DNA from: a virus
Length of the DNA stretch: 64,000 nucleotides
Strand: one strand, 5' to 3'
IMG/VR virus record: IMGVR_UViG_3300023106_000002
Span: 1 to 64,000 of that record
Part shown: positions 51,494 to 60,508 of the stretch, piece by piece
Layout of the letters: every line of letters starts with the position of its first letter
Position numbering within the stretch: position 1 is the first letter of the stretch
Translations under genes and position numbers: made by a program
Notes under the pieces: model-generated
What the model saw: only the letters and a program-made list of their open reading frames with translations
What the model was told of the DNA's origin: nothing
Database searches by the model: none

Positions 51494-53014
51494 TTAAGGA
51501 ATTAAATTAACGTCTTCTTCATCTACTGTATCTCTTAGATTCAAGTAGTAAAGTTCTTTCTTTGCTCGTGTTCTTGCTACGTATTTAAGATTACGTTCTT
51601 GTTCAAGCTGCATTGGTGATTTGGCAAATTTAGAAGGGATCAGAAACTCGTTTAAAATGTAAACGATGTCTGCTTCCAAACCTTTGGATTTGTGGATTGT
51701 ACACAGCGTGATGGCTTCTTCATCAGGGATTTCGTGAAACATTGAGTTTAAGGACTGCAACATTACTTCGACTTTATCATCCCCTATCACAATATTTTCA
51801 ACAAGGAGTGTAAAGTTAGCTAAATTTTGCTTCATACGATAATATTTGAAGCGTTGTTCATCTGATTTATCCTTCACTTTATCGAGTTGCAGAAGTTCAC
51901 TAGTTAGTTTGCGTTTTGTTTCACTAACTGACTTATAGTTATAAGGTTTCAAGAACTTAGTTAAAGAGTTTAATATATCTTCTCCTTTTAAGTAAACTTT
52001 GCGTTTTTGTGCAAGAAGTTGAAAATACAAAATGATAAGAGGACTCGTATTTCTACATATAATCATAGAACCTCCTTGTATATCATCAATAAATGATAGT
52101 CTTCCTACAATACCTGCTTCTTCTTTGAACCCTTCCATAACATCATAAACAGCATTAGCTTCATCTATGATTAGTTGAGGACACCTGTAACAGATACTTA
52201 ATGGTAGTTCAACAGTATTAGGTTTTTCAATGAACATATCAAATGAATTACCTGAAGCACCGCTGAAGCCATAAATAGATTGATTTCGATCACCAACTGC
52301 TATCATTTTCTTAATATCACCTTGTCCAACCAGCAAAGAAATGAATTGATGCTGGGCAATATTCAAATCTTGGCACTCATCTACAAGTAGATAATAGGGA
52401 TCAATAGGTATTCGCATTTGTTCACGAACTGGTAAGAATATCATATCGATAAAATCAACTTCTACCTTACCATTATACCTTTCTTCTCGCAAGGAAATAA
52501 ACTCTGTCCATAATTCGCTTAATTGTGGATGGTCAAAGAAGTACTTATCCATTTCACTCATTGCTTTGAAGATCTCTTTAACGTCATTAGTCATGAACAA
52601 CCTAGATATGTCATTCATTTCTATGATAGTCATATTAATCTTAGCCTTGTCTTCCCATATCAATGACTTAAAGATACGTCTATTAAAACGTTCTAAGTCT
52701 TTAAGGATTTGCCATGACTTGTTTGTATTGACTGTCACATTCTTCTGACCATAGTGAGCAATTACAGCTTTCAACCCTAAGGCATGAACTGTAAGTGCTT
52801 TACCATGTTTGAAACCTTTTGCTTCAATCTTAGCTTGAATGTCTTCTTGTATCGACTTATTGAAAGCTAAAAACAAAGTTTTATACTGAGAACGCTCTAA
52901 GATACCAAGCAATGTAGATGTCTTACCTGAACCTGCTACAGCCTTGATAACAATGTTCTCATCAGTAGTTGTCCAAGCATCATAAATAGCTTGTTGTTTA
53001 TTACTCGGTATCAT
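51494..53014 (-). CDS. UvrD/Rep-family SF1 helicase
   Basis: AVAGSGKT, LVDECQD, VGDRNQSIYGF, YRCP, TIHKSKGLE, YVARTRAK. Confidence 0.93.
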   Translation of the reverse strand: MIPSNKQQAIYDAWTTTDENIVIKAVAGSGKTSTLLGILERSQYKTLFLAFNKSIQEDIQAKIEAKGFKHGKALTVHALGLKAVIAHYGQKNVTVNTNKSWQILKDLERFNRRIFKSLIWEDKAKINMTIIEMNDISRLFMTNDVKEIFKAMSEMDKYFFDHPQLSELWTEFISLREERYNGKVEVDFIDMIFLPVREQMRIPIDPYYLLVDECQDLNIAQHQFISLLVGQGDIKKMIAVGDRNQSIYGFSGASGNSFDMFIEKPNTVELPLSICYRCPQLIIDEANAVYDVMEGFKEEAGIVGRLSFIDDIQGGSMIICRNTSPLIILYFQLLAQKRKVYLKGEDILNSLTKFLKPYNYKSVSETKRKLTSELLQLDKVKDKSDEQRFKYYRMKQNLANFTLLVENIVIGDDKVEVMLQSLNSMFHEIPDEEAITLCTIHKSKGLEADIVYILNEFLIPSKFAKSPMQLEQERNLKYVARTRAKKELYYLNLRDTVDEEDVNLIP

Positions 53015-53982
53015 ATAATACCTGCTTTAGTTAACACCTTCTCAACTTGAACAACTAAATCTTCTATACTACCATCGTTATAAATAGTGTAATCTGTTAT
53101 AGCTGCATCTAATCCTGTTTCACTTTCATGTTGATTTGGATAAAATTCTTTTAAATAAAAAAGATAAGCATCATGTTTTGTATGCCTAGAGGCATTCATT
53201 GATATAGCTTTCTCACCATCAACACTCTTCCACCAATGAGCCATACCATCATTATGATACATAACTCCTCTTACTACACGAATAGTAATTCCTTCTCGAT
53301 CTTTCACAGCTTTCATCTCATTTGGAAATCGCATATCTGTAATAATCCAGTTAGGATAGATAAGTTCTTTGCAACATTCTTCACATCGAGTCTGTCTTTT
53401 ATCTACTCCTGACATAGAGATGTTGCATTTTTGACATTTTCCCATGTAATCTCCTTCGTGAAATGCAACTTGAATTGTCTCAAAGTCATATCTAGCAAAT
53501 AAAGCATTTACCCAAATATTAGGATGAATAATTTGTCTTCCACATTCAGTCCCAAGTAATTGAAGAAGTAATCGATAAGTAAGTCTTCTTTCTTGCAAAC
53601 TTCCATTTGTTAAAATTCTAACAGCTTTTCTTGCTTCTTCTATATCTGTAAACAGTAAAGGACTTTCAACATTGTCTTCATCATGATTAACTTCCCAACA
53701 ATTCCAATCTTCTCCAATCTCCTGATTCTTAAAATCAGCATCTTCAAGTTGTTCTCTTGTACAACCAGTAAGTAAACAAACAGCATCTTTCAATTTATCT
53801 GCAAACTTCTTTATATCATAAGGATACATCCAAGTCCCATCTTCATTTTGAGCATCATTATAATACTCAAGAAAACCTTCTATACTATCGTATTGATTAT
53901 AACCACCTGTAAGGAGAAAGTTAATGATTTTCCCTACTGTATCTTTACCACTCGAAATTTTTCCGTTGATTCCTATAATCAT
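53011..53982 (-). CDS. Deoxynucleoside monophosphate kinase with insertions
   Basis: IIGINGKISSGKDT, FADKLK, LLQLLGTECGR, ITDMRFPNE, HESET. Confidence 0.88.
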   Translation of the reverse strand: MIIGINGKISSGKDTVGKIINFLLTGGYNQYDSIEGFLEYYNDAQNEDGTWMYPYDIKKFADKLKDAVCLLTGCTREQLEDADFKNQEIGEDWNCWEVNHDEDNVESPLLFTDIEEARKAVRILTNGSLQERRLTYRLLLQLLGTECGRQIIHPNIWVNALFARYDFETIQVAFHEGDYMGKCQKCNISMSGVDKRQTRCEECCKELIYPNWIITDMRFPNEMKAVKDREGITIRVVRGVMYHNDGMAHWWKSVDGEKAISMNASRHTKHDAYLFYLKEFYPNQHESETGLDAAITDYTIYNDGSIEDLVVQVEKVLTKAGII

Positions 53983-53985
53983 AAC

Positions 53986-54360
53986 TTAATCTTTAGAGTA
54001 AAACCATTCACTTAACCATCCAAAATGTACAAGTACATTATCTTGATACCAATGCCATGTCAACATAGCTGTTATTGCACCAAATAATGCAAATAACCAT
54101 GTAAAGAATACATCCCATTCATCAAAGGGTGTTACACCACCACTTTTACGTTGCTTTTCATTCTCTCTAATCCAAGCGTATGTAGTAATAGGAATAGTTC
54201 CTACAAGTACTGTTAATAAAAATGGAATATCCATTTGTAAAAAAGTTAGCATGAAGATAGTAAATATCCATCCTCCTAGATAACCATAAAAGCTATGCAA
54301 ATGATAGCGTTGTTTTACAAAGTATTTGCAAAGTTCTTTAATCTTGTTCCAAATTTTCAT
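53986..54360 (-). CDS. Small membrane protein
   Basis: Three hydrophobic segments, FDEWDVFFT motif. Confidence 0.6.
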   Translation of the reverse strand: MKIWNKIKELCKYFVKQRYHLHSFYGYLGGWIFTIFMLTFLQMDIPFLLTVLVGTIPITTYAWIRENEKQRKSGGVTPFDEWDVFFTWLFALFGAITAMLTWHWYQDNVLVHFGWLSEWFYSKD

Positions 54361-54372
54361 AATTGATTTGTT

Positions 54373-54612
54373 TTAATTAGTACTTGAGTTCCCTTTTGGT
54401 TTTGGTCTTATATCCTTTAATATGTCATCTCCTCTCATAATAGAAATTGACCATCTCACATCAGCTACATTTAAAGCAATCATTGCTCCGCTGAAGAATT
54501 CTGCTTGAAGTTCTAAATACTTAATATGTGTAGGTTTGAGTTTTGGATATATGCTATTCATTCTATGTAGAAAAGTTTCTTCTACTCTACTTCTTATTTG
54601 TTCATCGATCAT
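54373..54612 (-). CDS. Hypothetical protein
   Basis: 79-aa ORF in operon. Confidence 0.55.
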   Translation of the reverse strand: MIDEQIRSRVEETFLHRMNSIYPKLKPTHIKYLELQAEFFSGAMIALNVADVRWSISIMRGDDILKDIRPKPKGNSSTN

Positions 54613-54614
54613 AA

Positions 54615-54857
54615 TTAAAGTTCTATATAAGTTATTCCTTCATGTTTCATATATTCTATGATAATACAATCTTGATTAGTCATTTCATCATGTATCATAA
54701 CAAGCTTTTCTTCTACATGTTCCAAATAATATTGATTTGTTAAATCTTTATCATCTGATATAGCTTTCAAAGAAGGACTACAATTGTTTTTAATAAAATT
54801 AGTTGTTTCTTCACTAAAATCGGGTAAGTATCCTACATGTATTGTTGTTCCCCACAT
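54615..54857 (-). CDS. Hypothetical protein
   Basis: 80-aa ORF in operon. Confidence 0.55.
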   Translation of the reverse strand: MWGTTIHVGYLPDFSEETTNFIKNNCSPSLKAISDDKDLTNQYYLEHVEEKLVMIHDEMTNQDCIIIEYMKHEGITYIEL

Positions 54858-54871
54858 AATGTATTCGATTT

Positions 54872-54905
54872 AAAAAAGAGAGTGAGGTTAAACATCACTC
54901 TCTTT
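54872..54905 (-). terminator. Intrinsic terminator with upstream stop codon in the loop
   Basis: Minus strand AAAGAGAGTGA-9nt-TCACTCTCTTT followed by TTT. Confidence 0.7.
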
Positions 54906-55493
54906 ATAATTAAAAAATTCTTTCTTTTTCTCTAATGGAAAGTCGAGTTCCATGTTTTCATCATTGATGTCTTTCAAAGTAATTGTTGTTCCTAATGACG
55001 TGTTAAGTTTATCGCGAAATAATTGCTTCATGATCTTTTCTTTTGTCATGATTGCAATAGCTACTTCTCTAATAGGATGAACTTTCATATCAAATAACTT
55101 ATCAATGTCAGCAGAAGAATACATTTCACTATATCTTCCTTCTCTGAAAGCATCATAAGCATTAATATGTTCTTCAGGAATTTTAAGCACTATCATGTGT
55201 TTTCTACCATGTAACATATCATCATAAGGATAATCTGTTTCATAATAGTCTTGATGTTGTACATAGTTTAAGAAGTTAAGAAATTTAGCTTTCTGATATG
55301 CTTTGTCACATAACATATATATCAACTTCTTTTCTTCCATCTTTGTACCATCAAAATAACAATCGTGAATACCAAAAGCAAGTTTATGTACAGTTGACAA
55401 TTTCGCTTGAAAAGTATCTCCATAAACCTTCAAGCATGGTATTAAATACTTGAAGGTTTTGTTGAGATATACTTTTCCTATTTGGATATTCAT
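54888..55493 (-). CDS. Conserved crAss-like hypothetical protein
   Basis: NKTFKYLIP...F..GRYSEMYS motif; follows the exonuclease. Confidence 0.6.
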   Translation of the reverse strand: MNIQIGKVYLNKTFKYLIPCLKVYGDTFQAKLSTVHKLAFGIHDCYFDGTKMEEKKLIYMLCDKAYQKAKFLNFLNYVQHQDYYETDYPYDDMLHGRKHMIVLKIPEEHINAYDAFREGRYSEMYSSADIDKLFDMKVHPIREVAIAIMTKEKIMKQLFRDKLNTSLGTTITLKDINDENMELDFPLEKKKEFFNYKESDV

Positions 55494-55497
55494 AGTT

Positions 55498-56781
55498 TTA
55501 TACTTGTTCGCTTACTTCTTCAAAAAAATCTTCACGTTCTACAAGTCCATTCCAATCAATGAGTAAACAGTTTTCATTAGCATCTGCTACTTGAACTTCT
55601 TTTTCAGCTTCCCAACCATTTTCTTGATGCCATAAGTAAGTATCAAGTAATTGTTCATATCCTAAGATTGGATAACCAACAACTATAGGTGTAATCAACG
55701 GTTGCATCACATCTTCGTTCATTGGTATTTGGATGATTTGTTGTCTTCCACTTTTACCAATATGAAGTAGAGATTTTGTTACCTCAAAGATAAGTGGTTT
55801 TCCTTGAAAAGTCGAAGATTCTACAATAAATTTAAATGGTTTTATGATTCCTCCATCTAAACCTACTGCATAATAATATGACAATGCAAGTGTGTACCAT
55901 GCTGCTTGAATGTCATAACGATAACTTCTTACAGATGATATAAAATCAAATGTATTACCGTTCATAGTTTTCAAGTCAATAGGTTGAATCCACATGATTC
56001 TACCTTGTTCATCACGACATACAATTACCATGTCAAGTAACGCCTTACATTTAATACCTCTGTGCTCAAAATAAACAGGTAACTGAAGTAAAACAGTAAG
56101 TTGTGTATATTCTTGTTGAGCATCTCGATCAAAATATTTGCGAGTTCTCAAGTTTGTTCTTAATGATTCAACAATAGATTTAATACTATTGTTGGTATTA
56201 CTGTCAATAATCATTTTACCATAAGAATTGATTAAGTCCTTAAAATAAATGACTGCATCTGACTTAGTTACTGCATTGAATTTTGCATCATCTCCCCATC
56301 TTGATTGATAGTTATTAACTAAACATCCTTCAAGAAGATAATCTCTCCAATTAACTAAATCTCCTGCAAACTCGACAAATGTTGCTTGTGCAACTGGTTC
56401 TTCTAATGTATCATTATCTAATACCATAGATTCACCATCATCTTGTAGTTCTTCTACATGATGTACAGGTGCTGTCTCAATAAGATATGCTTCATAATCT
56501 TCCTTCACAAGATTGTGTACCATTTCAATGATTGCAGCAACTGCATCAGTAGGTTTCTTTTCAGCTTCACTAATGTGAAAGTTCTCTTCAAATTCCCCTT
56601 CTTCCCCTGTTAAAATTGTATCTACTGCTTTACCAAGCACGATATATGATTGAGTAGAGATGTCTTTATCTTCACGCTTGAAGTTTTCGATCCCTTTAAG
56701 TAATTTCTTCGCTTGTGATTGACTCATGTCATCTGATGCATAGTATGCATCAATTTCTGCTTTTGGTGTTATAATTAACAT
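55498..56781 (-). CDS. Exonuclease VIII/RecE-like PD-(D/E)XK nuclease
   Basis: MSQS, LGKAVD, CKALLDMV, IDLKT, YRYDIQAAWY. Confidence 0.82.
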   Translation of the reverse strand: MLIITPKAEIDAYYASDDMSQSQAKKLLKGIENFKREDKDISTQSYIVLGKAVDTILTGEEGEFEENFHISEAEKKPTDAVAAIIEMVHNLVKEDYEAYLIETAPVHHVEELQDDGESMVLDNDTLEEPVAQATFVEFAGDLVNWRDYLLEGCLVNNYQSRWGDDAKFNAVTKSDAVIYFKDLINSYGKMIIDSNTNNSIKSIVESLRTNLRTRKYFDRDAQQEYTQLTVLLQLPVYFEHRGIKCKALLDMVIVCRDEQGRIMWIQPIDLKTMNGNTFDFISSVRSYRYDIQAAWYTLALSYYYAVGLDGGIIKPFKFIVESSTFQGKPLIFEVTKSLLHIGKSGRQQIIQIPMNEDVMQPLITPIVVGYPILGYEQLLDTYLWHQENGWEAEKEVQVADANENCLLIDWNGLVEREDFFEEVSEQV

Positions 56782-57294
56782 TTAGATGTAGTGTTTTAAA
56801 ATAATATCATTCTTAAAAACTTCAAATGTCATGGAGACAATAGTGAGAAATTCTGATTCAGTATCAAATCTTGCTGTTCTAATACTGTCGTATTTGAAAT
56901 CAGGATTCATCTGCTTAAATTTTTCATATTGTTTCATAGACATATACAATCTTTCATGTTGTTCAGTTCTTCTCCTCTCGCCTTCACCAAGTGGTAAGTA
57001 GTGTACTAACAATAAAGGTTTTGTAAAAACCGCATCTTCTTTAGGAAACATCAAGTTTATGCAACATTCCATTGCAAATAACTCTTTTCCTGGACTTAAA
57101 CTTTTCTGTTTTCCAGCTTTGATTTGAAGATTGAAAGGAATATTAATCAAATCAATCTTCGCATCATCATGCTGTTTACTTCCTGCACGGGATGTAATGC
57201 AGAACTCAAACTTTCTACCAAAGTCTTGAAAGACTTTAGCATAGTATCGTTCTGCATTATGCCCTATTTTTCTGTTTTTTGCTCCTTCTCCCAT
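56782..57294 (-). CDS. Holliday-junction-resolvase-like PD-(D/E)XK nuclease
   Basis: NRKIGHNAER...DDAKIDL...NLQIK. Confidence 0.65.
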   Translation of the reverse strand: MGEGAKNRKIGHNAERYYAKVFQDFGRKFEFCITSRAGSKQHDDAKIDLINIPFNLQIKAGKQKSLSPGKELFAMECCINLMFPKEDAVFTKPLLLVHYLPLGEGERRRTEQHERLYMSMKQYEKFKQMNPDFKYDSIRTARFDTESEFLTIVSMTFEVFKNDIILKHYI

Positions 57295-57340
57295 TATAGG
57301 TTTTCAATTGAGTTATTACTCTTCTAAAAACGCGTGTTTA

Positions 57341-58645
57341 TCAGAAAGGAAGTGGTTCTTCCTCTGCTGTATTATTTGTCATATTTTGCTCTTCTCTGAC
57401 AGCTTCTTGAATAAATTCATCAAGTTCTTGCTGTTGATTAACTTGTACTGGTGTATCAGATCTTTCTGAGGATGGAACTGTGTATGTATCTGCACCCATA
57501 GTATATCTTCCAGTTTCACTAACTCTGAGTCGATCAATTTCTGATTCACCCATAGTAAGAATTGTACTTGTACCAACTGAACTTGAATTCCAAGTAATAC
57601 TAGAACCATTTGCCATATCAATAGTTGTACTACCAGTAGCAATACTATGTTCTGTATCATCAATCAATGTTACATCACTAGCTAATTCTATTGGAAAAGG
57701 TCCTGATTCTTCTGTGAAAGTGATTCCAAAGTCATCATCATTGACTGATGTTACTACTGGATCAGGATATTCAAGTTGAACACTTTGTTGATACATACCT
57801 GATAATGCTTCTCTTATACGAGCAGGATCAACACTAGCATCCAAATCTACAGAAATGCTTTGTACTTCAGTATCTTCTGTTGCTGGTACAAAATGAGTAT
57901 CTAAGCTTGGATTAATGTTACGAAAGTCAATTGCATTCACATCCATTACTGCGATACGAGGAATATGAACTTTCATGTGAAGTAACAATTCATTCAATGA
58001 AGCATAATCAACTTTGAAGTTATTAGAAAAGCAAAGTTTTTCAATTTTACTACTACTCATATAACGTACTTCAATCTCTTGTTGATATGCTTTTTGAATG
58101 TAATCTTTCTCAAACTTTACCCAAAACTTCTTGTATTTTTCTGAAGTTGCTAACTCAGTTGATACAAGCATGACAAGTTTCTTCAAACCTTCATCATGTT
58201 CTGCATCAATATAGACATTCTCTCCATTTTCTCCTCTTGTTCTTGTAGGATTAGTATAAACTATATCCTCAGGTTTTCTCATACACATAGTAAAAAGAAC
58301 ATTGCTCTCCTTATCAGTAATATAAAACTTACCAGCTACTAAAGAAGTATGAGTGACTCCTTTTGTATCACTTAAAATGATTTGATGCAATGATTGATGT
58401 CCATTGAAAACTTCTACAAACCTTTCATAAGTAGTGTATTTCCTATTGTTTAAAAAATCAGGTTTAGGTTTATGCCACGATCTCATCAATACATTTTCAT
58501 ACCTGCTACCAATAGTATTAGCACGATAAATGTTTTTAATATTTTGCGCATTGATTATTGGTATAAACTTCGATCCAACAGTTGCCCCTATTTTAAAAGG
58601 ATCGAACTTAAATGTGTTAGCAAAGTCCCACGATAACTTTATCAT
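57341..58645 (-). CDS. Unknown protein coupled to E1; acidic tail ending EEEPLPF
   Basis: Starts 2 nt after the E1 stop; globular N-half, low-complexity acidic C-half. Confidence 0.6.
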   Translation of the reverse strand: MIKLSWDFANTFKFDPFKIGATVGSKFIPIINAQNIKNIYRANTIGSRYENVLMRSWHKPKPDFLNNRKYTTYERFVEVFNGHQSLHQIILSDTKGVTHTSLVAGKFYITDKESNVLFTMCMRKPEDIVYTNPTRTRGENGENVYIDAEHDEGLKKLVMLVSTELATSEKYKKFWVKFEKDYIQKAYQQEIEVRYMSSSKIEKLCFSNNFKVDYASLNELLLHMKVHIPRIAVMDVNAIDFRNINPSLDTHFVPATEDTEVQSISVDLDASVDPARIREALSGMYQQSVQLEYPDPVVTSVNDDDFGITFTEESGPFPIELASDVTLIDDTEHSIATGSTTIDMANGSSITWNSSSVGTSTILTMGESEIDRLRVSETGRYTMGADTYTVPSSERSDTPVQVNQQQELDEFIQEAVREEQNMTNNTAEEEPLPF

Positions 58646-58647
58646 AA

Positions 58648-59334
58648 TTATATCTCATTGTTAGTAAGACTTAACGGGATGAAGAATTCATAATAGAAAG
58701 GTACATCTCTATCTTTACTTCTTTCATATATGTTAGTCATGTGGTTAGTAAAAAACGCTGTCATAAGTGTAGCAATCATTGCTGCACTATGTGATGTTTG
58801 TTTCATGGTACATGGTGCATCTTGCACTTCTCCATCATCAAACAAGTTCTCTTCATATTGTGAAATAAGATCAGGAGTAACGCAAAAAATCTGCAATTGC
58901 TCCATCTCAAGTCTTCCATCAATAAAGATTGGTGTAACTGGACAATTAGGTACAGACCTTTTCCACACTTCAAATAAATCTTTCCTCGCTTTCATGTTAT
59001 CGAAAGCGGAAAACATGAAGTGATGTGTTGGAGAATCTATTGTAATAGGTCGAATATCAGTATTGATACTCTTGTTATTAAACTCCATAATGACATCTTG
59101 TAAAGCTTGTACCTTAAACTTACCAATATCACTATGTCTGAATAACTGACCTCCTAAATTGTGCTCTTCGATTCTGTCAAAATCGAATATGTTTATATCG
59201 AAACCAGCACGAGTAAGGAAGATGGCTAACCAACTTCCTATACCTCCTGCTCCTCCAATCATAACTGTTTCATCTTCTTTAGGAAACCACGGGGCATCCT
59301 TGAATCTATTAAACTGTTGTAGCATTGTGTTCAA
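58648..59334 (-). CDS. ThiF/MoeB/E1-like adenylyltransferase
   Basis: IGGAGGIGS, FDFDRIEEHNL..Q, DIGKFK, AFDNMKAR, FIDGRL, candidate catalytic Cys in DAPCT (58810-58812). Confidence 0.92.
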   Translation of the reverse strand: MNTMLQQFNRFKDAPWFPKEDETVMIGGAGGIGSWLAIFLTRAGFDINIFDFDRIEEHNLGGQLFRHSDIGKFKVQALQDVIMEFNNKSINTDIRPITIDSPTHHFMFSAFDNMKARKDLFEVWKRSVPNCPVTPIFIDGRLEMEQLQIFCVTPDLISQYEENLFDDGEVQDAPCTMKQTSHSAAMIATLMTAFFTNHMTNIYERSKDRDVPFYYEFFIPLSLTNNEI

Positions 59335-60508
59335 ATTCTTTAACCATTCCGCGAATTGCTTGAACAGTAACGTTAATAAATGGGTAATCTGCTACTTTCT
59401 CTTCCAAAATATAAGCAGCTTCTTCTGAATCAACGATGAATTCATCATCTGTTGAATCAGGGAAATGCCTTTCATACACATCTGTGAAATAAGACAATGT
59501 TTTCTCAGCTAAATCATAAGCATCTATCTCTAAATCTTCAAGAGTACTTAGAACTGTATCTAAATCTTCTTTAGGTTCAAGAGGAACACTAATTTTCATC
59601 ACTTCTGAAATAAACCTTACAATAGGATCACCCATATCATTTTCTGTTAAATCTTCATAAGTAGTGAATGGAAGATTGCTGATTAAAGCATCTACCATCT
59701 TACTTCTTTCTGAAAGTTTCGATTTGTCAAGAGGAGTTTTCATCTTCTCAACAATTTTCTTCTGTTCAGGTTTCAACTGTATAACAGGTTTCTGATATGC
59801 AGGTAAAGCTTTAACAGGTTCAGGTTTTGGAGTAGGTTTAGGTTTCATAATCTCAGCTACTGCTGAAGAGAAATCTGAAGGTACTGAGTAACGTTCTTCA
59901 GGAACAATAACATCGCATTGATAAACAAATACTTTGTTTTCTTCATAGTTAAGGTCAGTAACAAAAGAGTTATAAGACTTACCATTTTCATCTAAAGAAG
60001 TATATGGTACTTTGCCAAAGTTTTTAGCAATCTTTGCTGTGAATCCAATCTTTGCTTCAAAGTCCATGTAATTGTTTACAATCAATGAAACGTAGTAATT
60101 GTGATTTGGTGCATTTTCGATTAATTCATCTTGATCTACACCTGAAAAGAAAACTCTCATGCAATGATGTGAATGAATATGACCAACTGACCAATCCATT
60201 CGTTCTTCATTTTCCATCAAGTAATCAGTAAACCTATCATCAAGAGTGTATTCAGTATATCCTGCATTCCCCATATCTAATGGTAAAATATCTTGCAGGA
60301 TAATCTTCATTGTTTCAGGTTTCTTGATAGAACCTTCAACTGTGTAAAAAAGTGGACCAGACCATTCAACAGTTCTTATGTTAGAACACAAGTGCTTCAC
60401 TTTGTTCAGGAACGCTGTTGACATTATCATTGCTATTTGACAATGCGTAAATTCCTGCACCATTGACGCAAGTTGCATAGAGGTGTATTTCGAGTTGTTC
60501 AGAGACAT
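59309..60508 (-). CDS. JAB/MPN+ metalloprotease with C-terminal extension (start uncertain: 60508, 60478, 60463 or 60430)
   Basis: Catalytic Glu in VEWSG; GHIHSHH.M..FFSGVD JAMM motif (60134-60181); SLIVNN. Confidence 0.88.
   Translation of the reverse strand: MSLNNSKYTSMQLASMVQEFTHCQIAMIMSTAFLNKVKHLCSNIRTVEWSGPLFYTVEGSIKKPETMKIILQDILPLDMGNAGYTEYTLDDRFTDYLMENEERMDWSVGHIHSHHCMRVFFSGVDQDELIENAPNHNYYVSLIVNNYMDFEAKIGFTAKIAKNFGKVPYTSLDENGKSYNSFVTDLNYEENKVFVYQCDVIVPEERYSVPSDFSSAVAEIMKPKPTPKPEPVKALPAYQKPVIQLKPEQKKIVEKMKTPLDKSKLSERSKMVDALISNLPFTTYEDLTENDMGDPIVRFISEVMKISVPLEPKEDLDTVLSTLEDLEIDAYDLAEKTLSYFTDVYERHFPDSTDDEFIVDSEEAAYILEEKVADYPFINVTVQAIRGMVKEFEHNATTV

Noticed and set aside
58648-59334. ThiF as part of thiamine/molybdopterin synthesis or microcin maturation
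   Set aside because: No ThiG/ThiS-GG, MoaE or peptide-export genes in the window; the neighbours are JAB, E2-like and Ubl genes
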